DNA of 63,948 nt, counting the filler, from Raillietiella orientalis (Eukaryota): NCBI GenBank assembly GCA_036172245.1. It is 3 parts of 3 records of this genome, joined end to end, with 100 filler letters (N's around TTAATTAATTAA, not from the genome) between each part and the next. Parts side by side here need not be neighbours in the genome. Positions count along the whole stretch, not along the records: positions 31,089 to 60,756 come from JAYWIR010000205.1; 2 more parts are not named here. The stretch is one strand, 5' to 3'. Shown here piece after piece: positions 37,001 to 52,000 of this stretch (position 1 is the first letter of the stretch; each line of letters starts with the position of its first letter). The position numbers were made by a program, and so were the translations under genes. The notes under the pieces were generated by a model that did no database searches, had not been told where the DNA came from, and saw nothing but the letters and a program-made list of their open reading frames with translations.

Positions 37001-40000
37001 TAGATGGCTTCCAACCATTTTGAGGTCTCAGGATTGCGAGCGAATTCATCGAGAAGCGGCCATGGTCGTTTTGGGGCAAGTGCGAAGATTTGGACGGAAA
37101 ACACCACATTGGAAATAGAAAACTTCGAGGAATTTTTGTGATGCATTTTGATGATTCTTTTTTTGTGCTGGAAGACGAAGTAGATTGATTCCAACCATTT
37201 TGATGTCTCAGGATAGCGACCGAATTCATCGGGAACCGACCATGGTCGTTTTGGTGCTAGTGCGGAGATTTGGAAGGAAAACACCACATTAGAAATAGAA
37301 AACATAGAGGAATTTCTGTGATGCATTTTGAAGATTCTATTTATATGCTGGAAGACGAAGTAGATTGATTCCAACCATTTCGATGTCTCAGGATTGCGAC
37401 CGAATTCATCGGGAACCGGCCATGGTCGTTTACATGCAAGTGCGGAGATTTGGACGGAAAACACCACATTGGAAATAGAAAACATAGAGGAATTTTTGTG
37501 ATGCATTTTGAAGATTCTATTTCTATGCTGGGAGTGGAAGTAGACAGCTTCCAACCATTTTCATGTCTCAGGCATGCGACCGAATTCATCCGGAACCGGC
37601 CATGGTCGTTTTGGTGCAAGTGCGGAGATTTGGAAGGAAAACACCACATTGGAAATAGAAAAGATATAGGAATTTCTTTGATGCATTTTGAAGATTCTAT
37701 TTCTATGCTGGAAGTGGAAGTAGACAGCTTCCAACCATTTTGAGGTCTCAAGATTTCGACCGAATTCTTCGGGAACCGGCCAAGGTCGTTTTGGTGCAAG
37801 TGCGGAGATTTGGACGGAAAATACCACATTGGAAATAGAAAAGATAGAGGAATTTCTTTGATGCATTTTAAAGGTTCTATTTCTATGCTGGAAGTGGAAG
37901 TAGACAGCTTCCAACCATTTTCATGTCTCAGACATGCGACCGAATTCATCCGGAACCGGCCATGGTCGTTTTGGTGCAAGTGCGGAGATTTTGAAGGAAA
38001 ACACCACATTGAAATAGAAAAGATAGAGGAATTTGCTTGTGCATTTTTTCTTCTTCTATGCTGGAAGTGGAAGTAGACAGCTTCCAACCATTTTGAGGTC
38101 TCAGATTTCGACCGGGAATTCTTCGGGAACCGACATGGTCGTTTTGGTGCAAGTGCGGAGATTTGGACGGAAAATACCACATTGGAAATAGAAAAGATAG
38201 ACGAATTTCTTTGATGCATTTTGAAGGTTCTATTTCTATGCTGGAAGTGGAAGTAGACAGCTTCCAACCATTTTGAGGTCTCAGGATTTCGACCGAATTC
38301 TTCGGGAACCGGCCATGGTCGTTTTGGTGCAAGTGCGGAGATTTGGACGGAAAACAGCACATTGGAAATAGAAAACATACAGGAATTTCTGTGATGCATT
38401 TTGAAGATTCTATTTCTATGCTGGAAGACGAAGTAGATTGATTCCAACCATTTCGATGTCTCAGGATTGCGACCGAATTCATCGGGAACCGGCCATGTTC
38501 GTTTTGGTTCAAGTGCGAAGATTTGGACGGAAAACACCACAATGGAAATAGAAAACATAGAGGAATTTTTGTGATGCATTTTGAAGATTCTATTTCTGTG
38601 CTGGAAGTCGAAGTGGATTGATTCCAACCATTTGGATGTCTAAGGATTGCGACCGAAATAATCGGGAACCGGCCATGGTCGTTTAGGTACAAGTGCGGAG
38701 ATTTGGACGGAAAACACCACATTGGAAATAGAAAACATAGAGGAATTTTTGTGATGCATTTTAAAGATTCTATTTCTATGCTGGAAGACGAAGTAGATTG
38801 CTTCCAACCATTTTGATGTCTCAGGATTGCTTCCGAATTCATCGGGAACCGGCCATGGTCGTTTTGGTGCAAGTGCGGAGATTTGGACGGAAAACACCAC
38901 ATTGGAAATAGAAAAGATAGTGGAATTTTTTTGATGCATTTTGGGGATTCTATTTCTATGCTGGAAGAGGAAGTAGATTGATTGCAACCATTTTGATGTC
39001 TCAGGATTGCTACCGAATTCATCGGGAAGCGGCCATGGTCGTTTACATGCAAGTGCGGAGATTTGGACGGAAAACACCACATTGGAAATAGAAAAGATAG
39101 AGGAATTTGTTTGATGCACTTTGAAGATTCTATTTCTATGCTGGAAGAGGAAATAGATTGATTCCAATTATTTTGATGTCTCAGGATTGCGACCGAGTTC
39201 ATCCGGAACCGGCCATGGTCGTGTTGGTGCAAGTGCGAAGATTAGGAAGGAAAACACCACATTGGAAATAGAAAAGATAGAGGAATTTCTTTGATGCATT
39301 TTGAAGATTCTATTTCTATGCTGGAAGTGAAAGTAGACAGCTTCCAACCATTTTGAGGTCTCAAGTTTTCGACCGAATTCTTCGGGAACCGGCCATGGTC
39401 GTTTTGGTGCAAGTGCGGAGATTTGGACGGAAAACAACACATTGGAAATAGAAAAGATAGAGGAATTTCTTTGATGCATTTGAAGATTCTATTTCTATGC
39501 TGGAAGTGGAAGTAGACAGCTTCCAACCATTTTGAGGTCTCAAGATTTCGACTTAATTCTTCGGGAACCGGCCATGGTCGTTTTGGTGCAAGTGCGGAGA
39601 TTTGGACGGAAAATACCACATTAGAAATAGAAAAGATAGACGAATTTGTTTGATGCATTTTGAAGATTCTATTTCTATGCTGGAAGTGGAAGTAGATTGA
39701 TTCCAACCATTTTGATGTCTCAGGATTGCTTCCGAATTCATCGGGAACCGGCCATGGTCGATTTGGTTCAAGTGCGGAGATTTGGACGGAAAATACCACA
39801 TTGGAAATAGAAAAGATAGAGGAATTTCTTTGATGCATTTTGAGGATTCTATTTCTATGCTGAAAGTGGAAGTAGACAGCTTCCAACCATTTTGAGGTCT
39901 CACGATTTCGACCGAATTCTTCGGGAACCGGCCATGGTCGTTTTGGTGCAAGTGCGGAGATTTAGACGGAAAATACCACATTGGAAATAGAAAAGATAGA

Positions 40001-43000
40001 GGAATTTCTTTGATGCATTTTGAAGATTCTATTTCTATGCTGGAAGTGGAAGTAGACAGCTTCCAACCATTTCATGTCTCAGGATTGCGACCGAATTCAT
40101 CCGGAAACGGCCATGGTCGTGTTGGTGCAAGTGCGAAGATTTGGACGGAAAACACCACATTGGAAATATAAAACATAGAGGAATTTTTGTGATGCATTTT
40201 GATGATTCTTTTTTTGTGCTGGAAGACGAAGTAGATTGATTCCAACCATTTTGATGTCTCAGGATTGCGACCGAATTCATCGGGAACCGACCATGGTCGT
40301 TTTGGTGCTAGTGCGGAGATTTGGACGGAAAACACCACATTGGAAATAGAACAGATAAAGGAATTTTTCGGAAGCAATTTGAAGATTCTATTTGGATGCA
40401 GGAAGTGGAAGTAGATTGCTTCCAACCGTTTTGATGTCTCAGGATTGCGACCGAATTCATCGGGAAACGGCCATGGTCGTTTTGGTGCAAGTGCGGAGAT
40501 TTGGACGGAAAACACCACATTGGAATTAGAAAACACAGAGGAATTTGTTTGATGCACTTTGATGATTTTATCTCTATGCTGGGAGTGGAAGTAGATGGCT
40601 TCCAACCATTTTGAGGTCTCAGGATTGCGAGCGAATTCATCGAGAAGCGGCCATGGTCGTTTTGGGGCAAGTGCGAAGATTTGGACGGAAAACACCACAT
40701 TTGAAATAGAAAACATAGAGGAATTTTTGTGATGCATTTTGATGATTCTTTTTTTTTGCTGGAAGACGAAGTAGATTGATTACAACCATTTTGATGTCTC
40801 AGGATAGCGGCCGAATTCATCGAGAACCGACCACCTTGGTCGTTTTTGGTGCTAGTGCGGAGATTTGGAAGAGGAAAAACACCACATTAGAAATAAACAT
40901 AGAGGAATTTCTGTGATGCATTTTGAAGATTCTATTTCTATGCTGGAAGACGAAGTAGATTGATTCCAACCATTTCGATGTCTCAGGATTGCGACCGAAT
41001 TCATCGGGAACCGGCCACGGTCGTTTTGGTGCAAGTGCGAAGATTTGGACGGAAAACACAATAATGGAAATAGAAAACATAGAGGAATTTTTGTGATGCA
41101 TTTTCAAGATTCTATTTCTGTGCTGGAAGTCGAAGTGGATTGATTCCAACCATTTTGATGTCTAAGGATTGCGACCGAAATTATCGGGAACCGGCCATGG
41201 TCGTTTAGGTACAAGTGCGGAGATTTGGACGGAAAACACCACATTGGAAATAGAAAAGATAGAGGAATTTTTTGGATGCACTTTAAAGATTCTATTTCTA
41301 TGCTGGGAGTGGAAGTAGATTGCTTGCAGCCATTTTGAGGTCTCACGATTGCGACCGAATTCATCGGGAAGCGACCATGGTCGTTTTGGTGCAAGTGCGA
41401 AGATTTAAACGGAACACACCACATTGGAAATAGAAAAGATAGAGGAATTCATTTGATGCATTTTGAAGATTCTATTTCTGTGCTGGAAGACGAAGTGGAT
41501 TGATTCCAACCATTTTGATGTCTCAGGATTGCGACCGAATTCATCGGGAAGCGACCATGGTCGTTTTGGTGCAAGTGCGGAGATTTGGACGGAAAACACC
41601 ACATTGGAAATAGAAAAGATAGTTGAATTTTTTTTATGCATTTTGGGGATTCTATTTCTATGCTGGAAGAGGAAGTAGATTGATTCCAACCATTTTGATG
41701 TCTCAGGATTGCGACCGAATTCATCGGGAAGCGGCCATGGTCGTTTACATGCAAGTGCGGAGATTTGGACGGAAAACACCACATTGGAAATAGAAAACAT
41801 AGAGGAATTTTTGTGATGCATTTTGAACATTCTATTTCTATGCTGGAAGTGGAAGTAGACAGCTTCCAACCATTTTGAGGTCTCAAGATTTCGACCGAAT
41901 TCTTCGGGAACCGGCCATGGTCGTTTTGGTGCAAGTGCGGAGATTTGGACGGCAAATACCACATTGGAAATAGAAAAGATAGAGGAATTTCTTTGATGCA
42001 TTTTGAAGGTTCTATTTCTATGCTGGGAGTGGAAGTAGACAGCTTCGAACCATTTTCATGTCTCAGGCATGCGACCGAATTCATCCGGAACCGGCCATGG
42101 TCGTTTTGGTGCAAGTGCGGAGATTTGGAAGGAAAACACCACATTGGAAATAGAAAAGATAGAGGAATTTCTTTGATGCATTTTGAAGATTCTATTTCTA
42201 TGCTGGAAGTGGAAGTAGACAGCTTCCAACCATTTTGAGGTCTCAAGATTTCGACCGAATTCTTCGGGAACCGGCCATGGTCGTTTTGGTGAAGTGCGGA
42301 GATTTGGACGGAAAATACCACATTGGAAATAGAAAAGATAGAGGAATTTCTTTGATGCATTTTAAAGGTTCTATTTCTATGCTGGAAGTGGAAGTAGACA
42401 GCTTCCAACCATTTTCATGTCTCAGGCATGCGACCGAATTCATCCGGAACCGGCCATGGTCGTTTTGGTGCAAGTGCGGAGATTTGGAAGGAAAACACCA
42501 CATTGGAAATAGAAAAGATAGAGGAATTTCTTTGATGCATTTTGAAGATTCTATTTCTATGCTGGAAGTGGAAGTAGACAGCTTCCAACCATTTTGAGGT
42601 CTCAAGATTTCGACCGAATTCTTCGGGAACCGGCCATGGTCGTTTTGGTGCAAGTGCGGAGATTTGGACGGAAAATACCACATTGGAAATAGAAAAGATA
42701 GAGGAATTTCTTTGATGCATTTGAAGGTTCTATTTCTATGCTGGAAGTGGAAGTAGACAGCTTCCAACCATTTTGAGGTCTCAGGATTTCGACCGAATTC
42801 TTCGGGAACCGGCCATGGTCGTTTTGGTGCAAGTGCGGAGATTTGGACGGAAAACAGCACATTGGAAATAGAAAACATACAGGCGTCTGCTAGATGGGGA
42901 AAGGTGAGTAAACATTTTATGCTGGAAGACGAAGTAAATCCTCTTATGCCATTTCGGGATAAAAAAAAACATTTTCATGTCTCCGGATTGCGACCGAATT

Positions 43001-46000
43001 CATCGGGAACCGGCCATGGTCGTTTTGGTGCAAGTGCGAAGATTTGGACGGAAAACACCACAATGGAAATAGAAAACATAGAGGAATTTTTGTGATGCAT
43101 TTTGAAGATTCTATTTCTGTGCTGGCAGTCGAAGTGGATTGATTCCAACCATTTTGATGTCTAAGGATTGCGACCGAAATAATCGGGAACCGGCCATGGT
43201 CGTTTAGGTACAAGTGCGGAGATTTGGACGGAAAACACCACATTTGAAATAGAAAAGATAGAGGAAATTCTGTGATGCATTTTGAAGATTCTATTTCTAT
43301 GCTGAAAGACGAAGTAGATTGATTCCAACCATTTTGAGGTCTCAAGATTTCGACCGAATTCTTCGGGAACCGGCCATGGTCGTTTTGGTGCAAGTGCGGA
43401 GATTTGGACGGAAAATACCACATTGGAAATAGAAAAGATAGAGGGATTTCTTTGATGCATTTTGAGGATTCTATTTCTATGCTGAAAGTGGAAGTAGACA
43501 GCTTCCAACCATTTTGAGGTCTCAGGATTTCGAACGAATTCTTCGGGAACCGGCCATGGTCGTTTTCGTGCAAGTGCGGAGATTTGAACGGAAAACATCA
43601 CATTGGAAATAGAAAAGATAGAGGAATTTCTTTGATGCATTTTGAAGATTCTATTTCTATGCTGGAAGTGGAAGTAGACAGCTTCCAACCATTTTCATGT
43701 CTCAGGATTGCGACCGAATTCATCCGGAAACGGCCATGGTCGTGTTGGTGCAAGTGCGAAGATTTGGACGGAAAACACCACATTGGAAATAGAAAACATA
43801 GAGGAATTTTTGTGATGCATTTTGATGATTCTTTTTTTGTGCTGGAAGACGAAGTAGATTGATTCCAACCATTTTGATGTCTCAGGATAGCGACCGAACT
43901 CATCGGGAACCGACCATGGTCGTTTTGGTGCTAGTGCGGAGATTTGGAAGGAAAACACCACATTAGAAATAGAAAACATAGAGGAATTTCTGTGATGCAT
44001 TTTGAAGATTCTATTTCTATGCTGGAAGACGAAGTAGATTGATTCCAACCATTTCGATGTCTCAGGATTGCGACCGAATTCATCGGGAACCGGCCATGGT
44101 CGTTTTGGTGCAAGTGCGAAGATTTGGACGGAAAACACAATAATGGAAATAGAAAACATAGAGGAATTTTTGTGATGCATTTTCAAGATTCTATTTCTGT
44201 GCTGGAAGTCGAAGTGGATTGATTCCAACCATTTTGATGTCTAAGGATTGCGACCGAAATTATCGGGAACCGGCCATGGTCGTTTAGGTACAAGTGCGGA
44301 GATTTGGACGGAAAACACCACATTGGGAATAGAAAAGATAGAGGAATTTTTTGGATGCACTTTAAAGATTCTATTTCTATGCTGGGAGTGGAAGTAGATT
44401 GCTTGCAGCCATTTTGAGGTCTCACGATTGCGACCGAATTCATCGGGAAGCGACCATGGTCGTTTTGGTGCAAGTGCGAAGATTTAAACGGAACACACCA
44501 CATTGGAAATAGAAAAGATAGAGGAATTCATTTGATGCATTTTGAAGATTCTATTTCTGTGCTGGAAGACGAAGTGGATTGATTCCAACCATTTTGATGT
44601 CTCAGGATTGCGACCGAATTCATCGGGAAGCGACCATGGTCGTTTTGGTGCAAGTGCGGAGATTTGGACGGAAAACACCACATTGGAAATAGAAAAGATA
44701 GTTGAATTTTTTTTATGCATTTTGGGGATTCTATTTCTATGCTGGAAGAGGAAGTAGATTGATTCCAACCATTTTGATGTCTCAGGATTGCGACCGAATT
44801 CATCGGGAAGCGGCCATGGTCGTTTACATGCAAGTGCGGAGATTTGGACGGAAAACACCACATTGGAAATAGAAAACATAGAGGAATTTTTGTGATGCAT
44901 TTTGAACATTCTATTTCTATGCTGGAAGTGGAAGTAGACAGCTTCCAACCATTTTGAGGTCTCAAGATTTCGACCGAATTCTTCGGGAACCGGCCATGGT
45001 CGTTTTGGTGCAAGTGCGGAGATTTGGACGGCAAATACCACATTGGAAATAGAAAAGATAGAGGAATTTCTTTGATGCATTTTGAAGGTTCTATTTCTAT
45101 GCTGGGAGTGGAAGTAGACAGCTTCGAACCATTTTCATGTCTCAGGCATGCGACCGAATTCATCCGGAACCGGCCATGGTCGTTTTGGTGCAAGTGCGGA
45201 GATTTGGAAGGAAAACACCACATTGGAAATAGAAAAGATAGAGGAATTTCTTTGATGCATTTTGAAGATTCTATTTCTATGCTGGAAGTGGAAGTAGACA
45301 GCTTCCAACCATTTTGAGGTCTCAAGATTTCGACCGAATTCTTCGGGAACCGGCCATGGTCGTTTTGGTGCAAGTGCGGAGATTTGGACGGAAAATACCA
45401 CATTGGAAATAGAAAAGATAGAGGAATTTCTTTGATGCATTTTAAAGGTTCTATTTCTATGCTGGAAGTGGAAGTAGACAGCTTCCAACCATTTTCATGT
45501 CTCAGGCATGCGACCGAATTCATCCGGAACCGGCCATGGTCGTTTTGGTGCAAGTGCGGAGATTTGGAAGGAAAACACCACATTGGAAATAGAAAAGATA
45601 GAGGAATTTCTTTGATGCATTTTGAAGATTCTATTTCTATGCTGGAAGTGGAAGTAGACAGCTTCCAACCATTTTGAGGTCTCAAGATTTCGACCGAATT
45701 CTTCGGGAACCGGCCATGGTCGTTTTGGTGCAAGTGCGGAGATTTGGACGGAAAATACCACATTGGAAATAGAAAAGATAGAGGAATTTCTTTGATGCAT
45801 TTTGAAGGTTCTATTTCTATGCTGGAAGTGGAAGTAGACAGCTTCCAACCATTTTGAGGTCTCAGGATTTCGACCGAATTCTTCGGGAACCGGCCATGGT
45901 CGTTTTGGTGCAAGTGCGGAGATTTGGACGGAAAACAGCACATTGGAAATAGAAAACATACAGGAATTTCTGTGATGCATTTTGAAGATTCTATTTCTAT

Positions 46001-49000
46001 GCTGGAAGACGAAGTAGATTGATTCCAACCATTTCGATGTCTCAGGATTGCGACCGAATTCATCGGGAACCGGCCATGGTCGTTTTGGTGCAAGTGCGAA
46101 GATTTGGACGGAAAACACCACAATGGAAATAGAAAACATAGAGGAATTTTTGTGATGCATTTTGAAGATTCTATTTCTGTGCTGGAAGTCGAAGTGGATT
46201 GATTCCAACCATTTTGATGTCTAAGGATTGCGACCGAAATAATCGGGAACCGGCCATGGTCGTTTAGGTACAAGTGCGGAGATTTGGACGGAAAACACCA
46301 CATTGGAAATAGAAAAGATAGAGGAAATTCTGTGATGCATTTTGAAGATTCTATTTCTATGCTGGAAGACGAAGTAGATTGATTCCAACCATTTCGATGT
46401 CTCAGGATTGCGACCGAATTCATCGGGAAGCGACCATGGTCGTTTTGGTGCAAGTGCGGAGATTTGGACGGAAAACACCACATTGGAAATAGAAAAGATA
46501 GTGGAATTTTTTTGATGCATTTTGGGGATTCTATTTCTATGCTGGAAGAGGAAGTAGATTGATTGCAACCATTTTGATGTCTCAGGATTGCTACCGAATT
46601 CATCGGGAAGCGGCCATGGTCGTTTACATGCAAGTGCGGAGATTTGGACGGAAAACACCACATTGGAAATAAAAAAGATAGAGGAATTTGTTTGATGCAC
46701 TTTGAAGATTCTATTTCTATGCTGGAAGAGGAAATAGATTGATTCCAATTATTTTGATGTCTCAGGATTGCGACCGAGTTCATCCGGAACCGGCCATGGT
46801 CGTGTTGGTGCAAGTGCGAAGATTAGGAAGGAAAACACCACATTGGAAATAGAAAAGATAGAGGAATTTCTTTGATGCATTTTGAAGATTCTATTTCTAT
46901 GCTGGAAGTGGAAGTAGACAGCTTCCAACCATTTTGAGGTCTCAGGATTTCGACCGAATTCTTCGGGAACCGGCCATGGTCGTTTTGGTGCAAGTGCGGA
47001 GATTTGGACGGAAAATACCACATTGGAAATAGAAAAGATAGAGGAATTTCTTTGATGCATTTTGAAGATTCTATTTCTATGCTGGAAGTGGAAGTAGACA
47101 GCCTCCAACCATTTTGAGGTCTCAGGATTTCTACCGAATTCTTCGGGAACCGGCCATGGTCGTTTTGGTGCAAGTGCGGAGATTTGGACGGAAAATACCA
47201 CATTAGAAATAGAAAAGATAGACGAATTTGTTTGATGCATTTTGAAGATTCTATTTCTATGCTGGAAGTGGAAGTAGATTGATTCCAACCATTTTGATGT
47301 CTCAGGATTGCTTCCGAATTCATCGGGAACCGGCCATGGTCGATTTGGTGCAAGTGCGGAGATTTGGACGGAAAATACCACATTGGAAATAGAAAATTTA
47401 GAGGAATTTCTTTGATGCATTTTGAGGATTCTATTTCTATGCTGAAAGTGGAAGTAGACAGCTTCCAACCATTTTGAGGTCTCACGATTTCGACCGAATT
47501 CTTCGGGAACCGGCCATGGTCGTTTTCGTGCAAGTGCGGAGATTTGGACGGAAAACATCACATTGGAAATAGAAAAGATAGAGGAATTTCTTTGATGCAT
47601 TTTGAAGATTCTATTTCTATGCTGAAAGTGGAAGTAGACAGCTTCCAACCATTTTCATGTCTCAGGATTGCGACCGAATTCATCCGGAAACGGCCATGGT
47701 CGTGTTGGTGCAAGTGCGAAGATTTGGACGGAAAACACCACATTGGAAATAGAAAACATAGAGGAATTTTTGTGATGCATTTTGATGATTCTTTTTTTGT
47801 GCTGGAAGACGAAGTAGATTGATTCCAACCATTTTGATGTCTCAGGATAGCGACCGAACTCATCGGGAACCGACCATGGTCGTTTTGGTGCTAGTGCGGA
47901 GATTTGGAAGGAAAACACCACATTAGAAATAGAAAAGATAGAGGAATTTTTTGGATGCACTTTGAAGATTCTATTTCTCTGCTGGAAGTGGAAGTAGATT
48001 GCTTCCAACCATTTTGAGGTCTCAGGATTGCGACCGAATTCATCGGGAAGCGGCCATGGTCGTTTACATGCAAGTGCGGAGATTTGGACGGAAAACACCA
48101 CATTGGAATTAGAAAACACAGAGGAATTTGTTTGATGCACTTTGATGATTTTATCTCTATGCTGGGAGTGGAAGTAGATGGCTTCCAACCATTTTGAGGT
48201 CTCAGGATTGCGAGCGAATTCATCGAGAAGCGGCCATGGTCGTTTTGGGGCAAGTGCGAAGATTTGGACGGAAAACACCACATTGGAAATAGAAAACATA
48301 GAGGAATTTTTGTGATGCATTTTGATGATTCTTTTTTTGTGCTGGAAGACGAAGTAGATTGATTCCAACCATTTTGATGTCTCAGGATAGCGACCGAATT
48401 CATCGGGAACCGACCATGGTCGTTTTGGTGCTAGTGCGGAGATTTGGAAGGAAAACACCACATTAGAAATAGAAAACATAGAGGAATTTCTGTGATGCAT
48501 TTTGAAGATTCTATTTCTATGCTGGAAGACGAAGTAGATTGATTCCAACCATTTCGATGTCTCAGGATTGCGACCGAATTCATCGGGAACCGGCCATGGT
48601 CGTTTTGGTGCAAGTGCGAAGATTTGGACGGAAAACACAATAATGGAAATAGAAAACATAGAGGAATTTTTGTGATGCATTTTCAAGATTCTATTTCTGT
48701 GCTGGAAGTCGAAGTGGATTGATTCCAACCATTTTGATGTCTAAGGATTGCGACCGAAATTATCGGGAACCGGCCATGGTCGTTTAGGTACAAGTGCGGA
48801 GATTTGGACGGAAAACACCACATTGGAAATAGAAAAGATAGAGGAATTTTTTGGATGCACTTTAAAGATTCTATTTCTATGCTGGGAGTGGAAGTAGATT
48901 GCTTGCAGCCATTTTGAGGTCTCACGATTGCGACCGAATTCATCGGGAAGCGACCATGGTCGTTTTGGTGCAAGTGCGAAGATTTAAACGGAACACACCA

Positions 49001-52000
49001 CATTGGAAATAAAAAAGATAGAGGAATTCATTTGATGCATTTTGAAGATTCTATTTCTGTGCTGGAAGACGAAGTGGATTGATTCCAACCATTTTGATGT
49101 CTCAGGATTGCGACCGAATTCATCGGGAAGCGACCATAGTCGTTTTGGTGCAAGTGCGGAGATTTGGACGGAAAACACCACATTGGAAATAGAAAAGATA
49201 GTTGAATTTTTTTTATGCATTTTGGGGATTCTATTTCTATGCTGGAAGAGGTAGTAGATTGATTCCAACCATTTTGATGTCTCAGGATTGCGACCGAATT
49301 CATCGGGAAGCGGCCATGGTCGTTTACATGCAAGTGCGGAGATTTGGACGGAAAACACCACATTGGAAATAGAAAACATAGAGGAATTTTTGTGATGCAT
49401 TTTGAAGATTCTATTTCTATGCTGGAAGTGGAAGTAGACAGCTTCCAACCATTTTGAGGTCTCAAGATTTCGACCGAATTCTTCGGGAACCGGCCATGGT
49501 CGTTTTGGTGCAAGTGCGGAGATTTGGACGGAAAATACCACATTAGAAATAGAAAAGATAGAGGAAATTCTTTGATGCATTTTGAAGGTTCTATTTCTAT
49601 GCTGGGAGTGGAAGTAGACAGCTTCCAACCATTTTCATGTCTCAGGCATGCGACCGAATTCATCCGGAACCGGCCATGGTCGTTTTGGTGCAAGTGCGGA
49701 GATTTGGAAGGAAAACACCACATTGGAAATAGAAAAGATAGAGGAATTTCTTTGATGCATTTTGAAGATTCTATTTCTATGCTGGAAGTGGAAGTAGACA
49801 GCTTCCAACCATTTTGAGGTCTCAAGATTTCGACCGAATTCTTCGGGAACCGGCCATGGTCGTTTTGGTGCAAGTGCGGAGATTTGGACGGAAAATACCA
49901 CATTGGAAATAGAAAAGATAGAGGAATTTCTTTGATGCATTTTGAAGGTTCTATTTCTATGCTGGAAGTGGAAGTAGACAGCTTCCAACCATTTTCATGT
50001 CTCAGGCATGCGACCGAATTCATCCGGAACCGGCCATGGTCGTTTTGGTGCAAGTGCGGAGATTTGGAAGGAAAACACCACATTGGAAATAGAAAAGATA
50101 GAGGAATTTCTTTGATGCATTTTGAAGATTCTATTTCTATGCTGGAAGTGGAAGTAGACAGCTTCCAACCATTTTGAGGTCTCAAGATTTCGACCGAATT
50201 CTTCGGGAACCGGCCATGGTCGTTTTGGTGCAAGTGCGGAGATTTGGACGGAAAATACCACATTGGAAATAGAAAAGATAGAGGAATTTCTTTGATGCAT
50301 TTTGAAGGTTCTATTTCTATGCTGGAAGTGGAAGTAGACAGCTTCCAACCATTTTGAGGTCTCAGGATTTCGACCGAATTCTTCGGGAACCGGCCATGGT
50401 CGTTTTGGTGCAAGTGCGGAGATTTGGACGGAAAACAGCACATTGGAAATAGAAAAGCTAAAGGAATTTCTTTGATGCATTTTAAAGATTCTATTTCTCT
50501 GCTGGAAGTGGAAGTAGACAGCTTCCAACCATTCTGAGGTCTCAGGATTGCGACCGAATTCATCGTGAAGCGGCCATGGTCGTTTACATGCAAGTGCGGA
50601 GATTTGGACGGAAAACACCACATTGGAAATAGAAAAGATAGTTGAATTTTTTTTATGCATTTTGGGGATTCTATTTCTATGCTGGAAGAGGTAGTAGATT
50701 GATTCCAACCATTTTGATGTCTCAGGATTGCGACCGAATTCATCGGGAAGCGGCCATGGTCGTTTACATGCAAGTGCGGAGATTTGGACGGAAAACACCA
50801 CATTGGAAATAGAAAACATAGAGGAATTTTTGTGATGCATTTTGAAGATTCTATTTCTATGCTGGAAGTGGAAGTAGACAGCTTCCAACCATTTTGAGGT
50901 CTCAAGATTTCGACCGAATTCTTCGGGAACCGGCCATGGTCGTTTTGGTGCAAGTGCGGAGATTTGGACGGAAAATACCACATTGGAAATAGAAAAGATA
51001 GAGGAAATTCTTTGATGCATTTTGAAGGTTCTATTTCTATGCTGGGAGTGGAAGTAGACAGCTTCCAACCATTTTCATGTCTCAGGCATGCGACCGAATT
51101 CATCCGGAACCGGCCATGGTCGTTTTGGTGCAAGTGCGGAGATTTGGAAGGAAAACACCACATTGGAAATAGAAAAGATAGAGGAATTTCTTTGATGCAT
51201 TTTGAAGATTCTATTTCTATGCTGGAAGTGGAAGTAGACAGCTTCCAACCATTTTGAGGTCTCAAGATTTCGACCGAATTCTTCGGGAACCGGCCATGGT
51301 CGTTTTGGTGCAAGTGCGGAGATTTGGACGGAAAATACCACATTGGAAATAGAAAAGATAGAGGAATTTCTTTGATGCATTTTGAAGGTTCTATTTCTAT
51401 GCTGGAAGTGGAAGTAGACAGCTTCCAACCATTTTCATGTCTCAGGCATGCGACCGAATTCATCCGGAACCGGCCATGGTCGTTTTGGTGCAAGTGCGGA
51501 GATTTGGAAGGAAAACACCACATTGGAAATAGAAAACATAGAGGAATTTCTTTGATGCATTTTGAAGATTCTATTTCTATGCTGGAAGTGGAAGTAGACA
51601 GCTTCCAACCATTTTGAGGTCTCAAGATTTCGACCGAATTCTTCGGGAACCGGCCATGGTCGTTTTGGTGCAAGTGCGGAGATTTGGACGGAAAATACCA
51701 CATTGGAAATAGAAAAGATAGAGGAATTTCTTTGATGCATTTTGAAGGTTCTATTTCTATGCTGGAAGTGGAAGTAGACAGCTTCCAACCATTTTGAGGT
51801 CTCAGGATTTCGACCGAATTCTTCGGGAACCGGCCATGGTCGTTTTGGTGCAAGTGCGGAGATTTGGACGGAAAACAGCACATTGGAAATAGAAAAGATA
51901 AAGGAATTTCTTTGATGCATTTTAAAGATTCTATTTCTCTGCTGGAAGTGGAAGTAGACAGCTTCCAACCATTCTGAGGTCTCAGGATTTCGACCGAATT

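Noticed and set aside
45868..45890. CENP-B box in the monomer (TTCG...CGGG)
   Set aside because: The spacing between TTCG and CGGG is 11 nt rather than the 7 nt of the canonical box.
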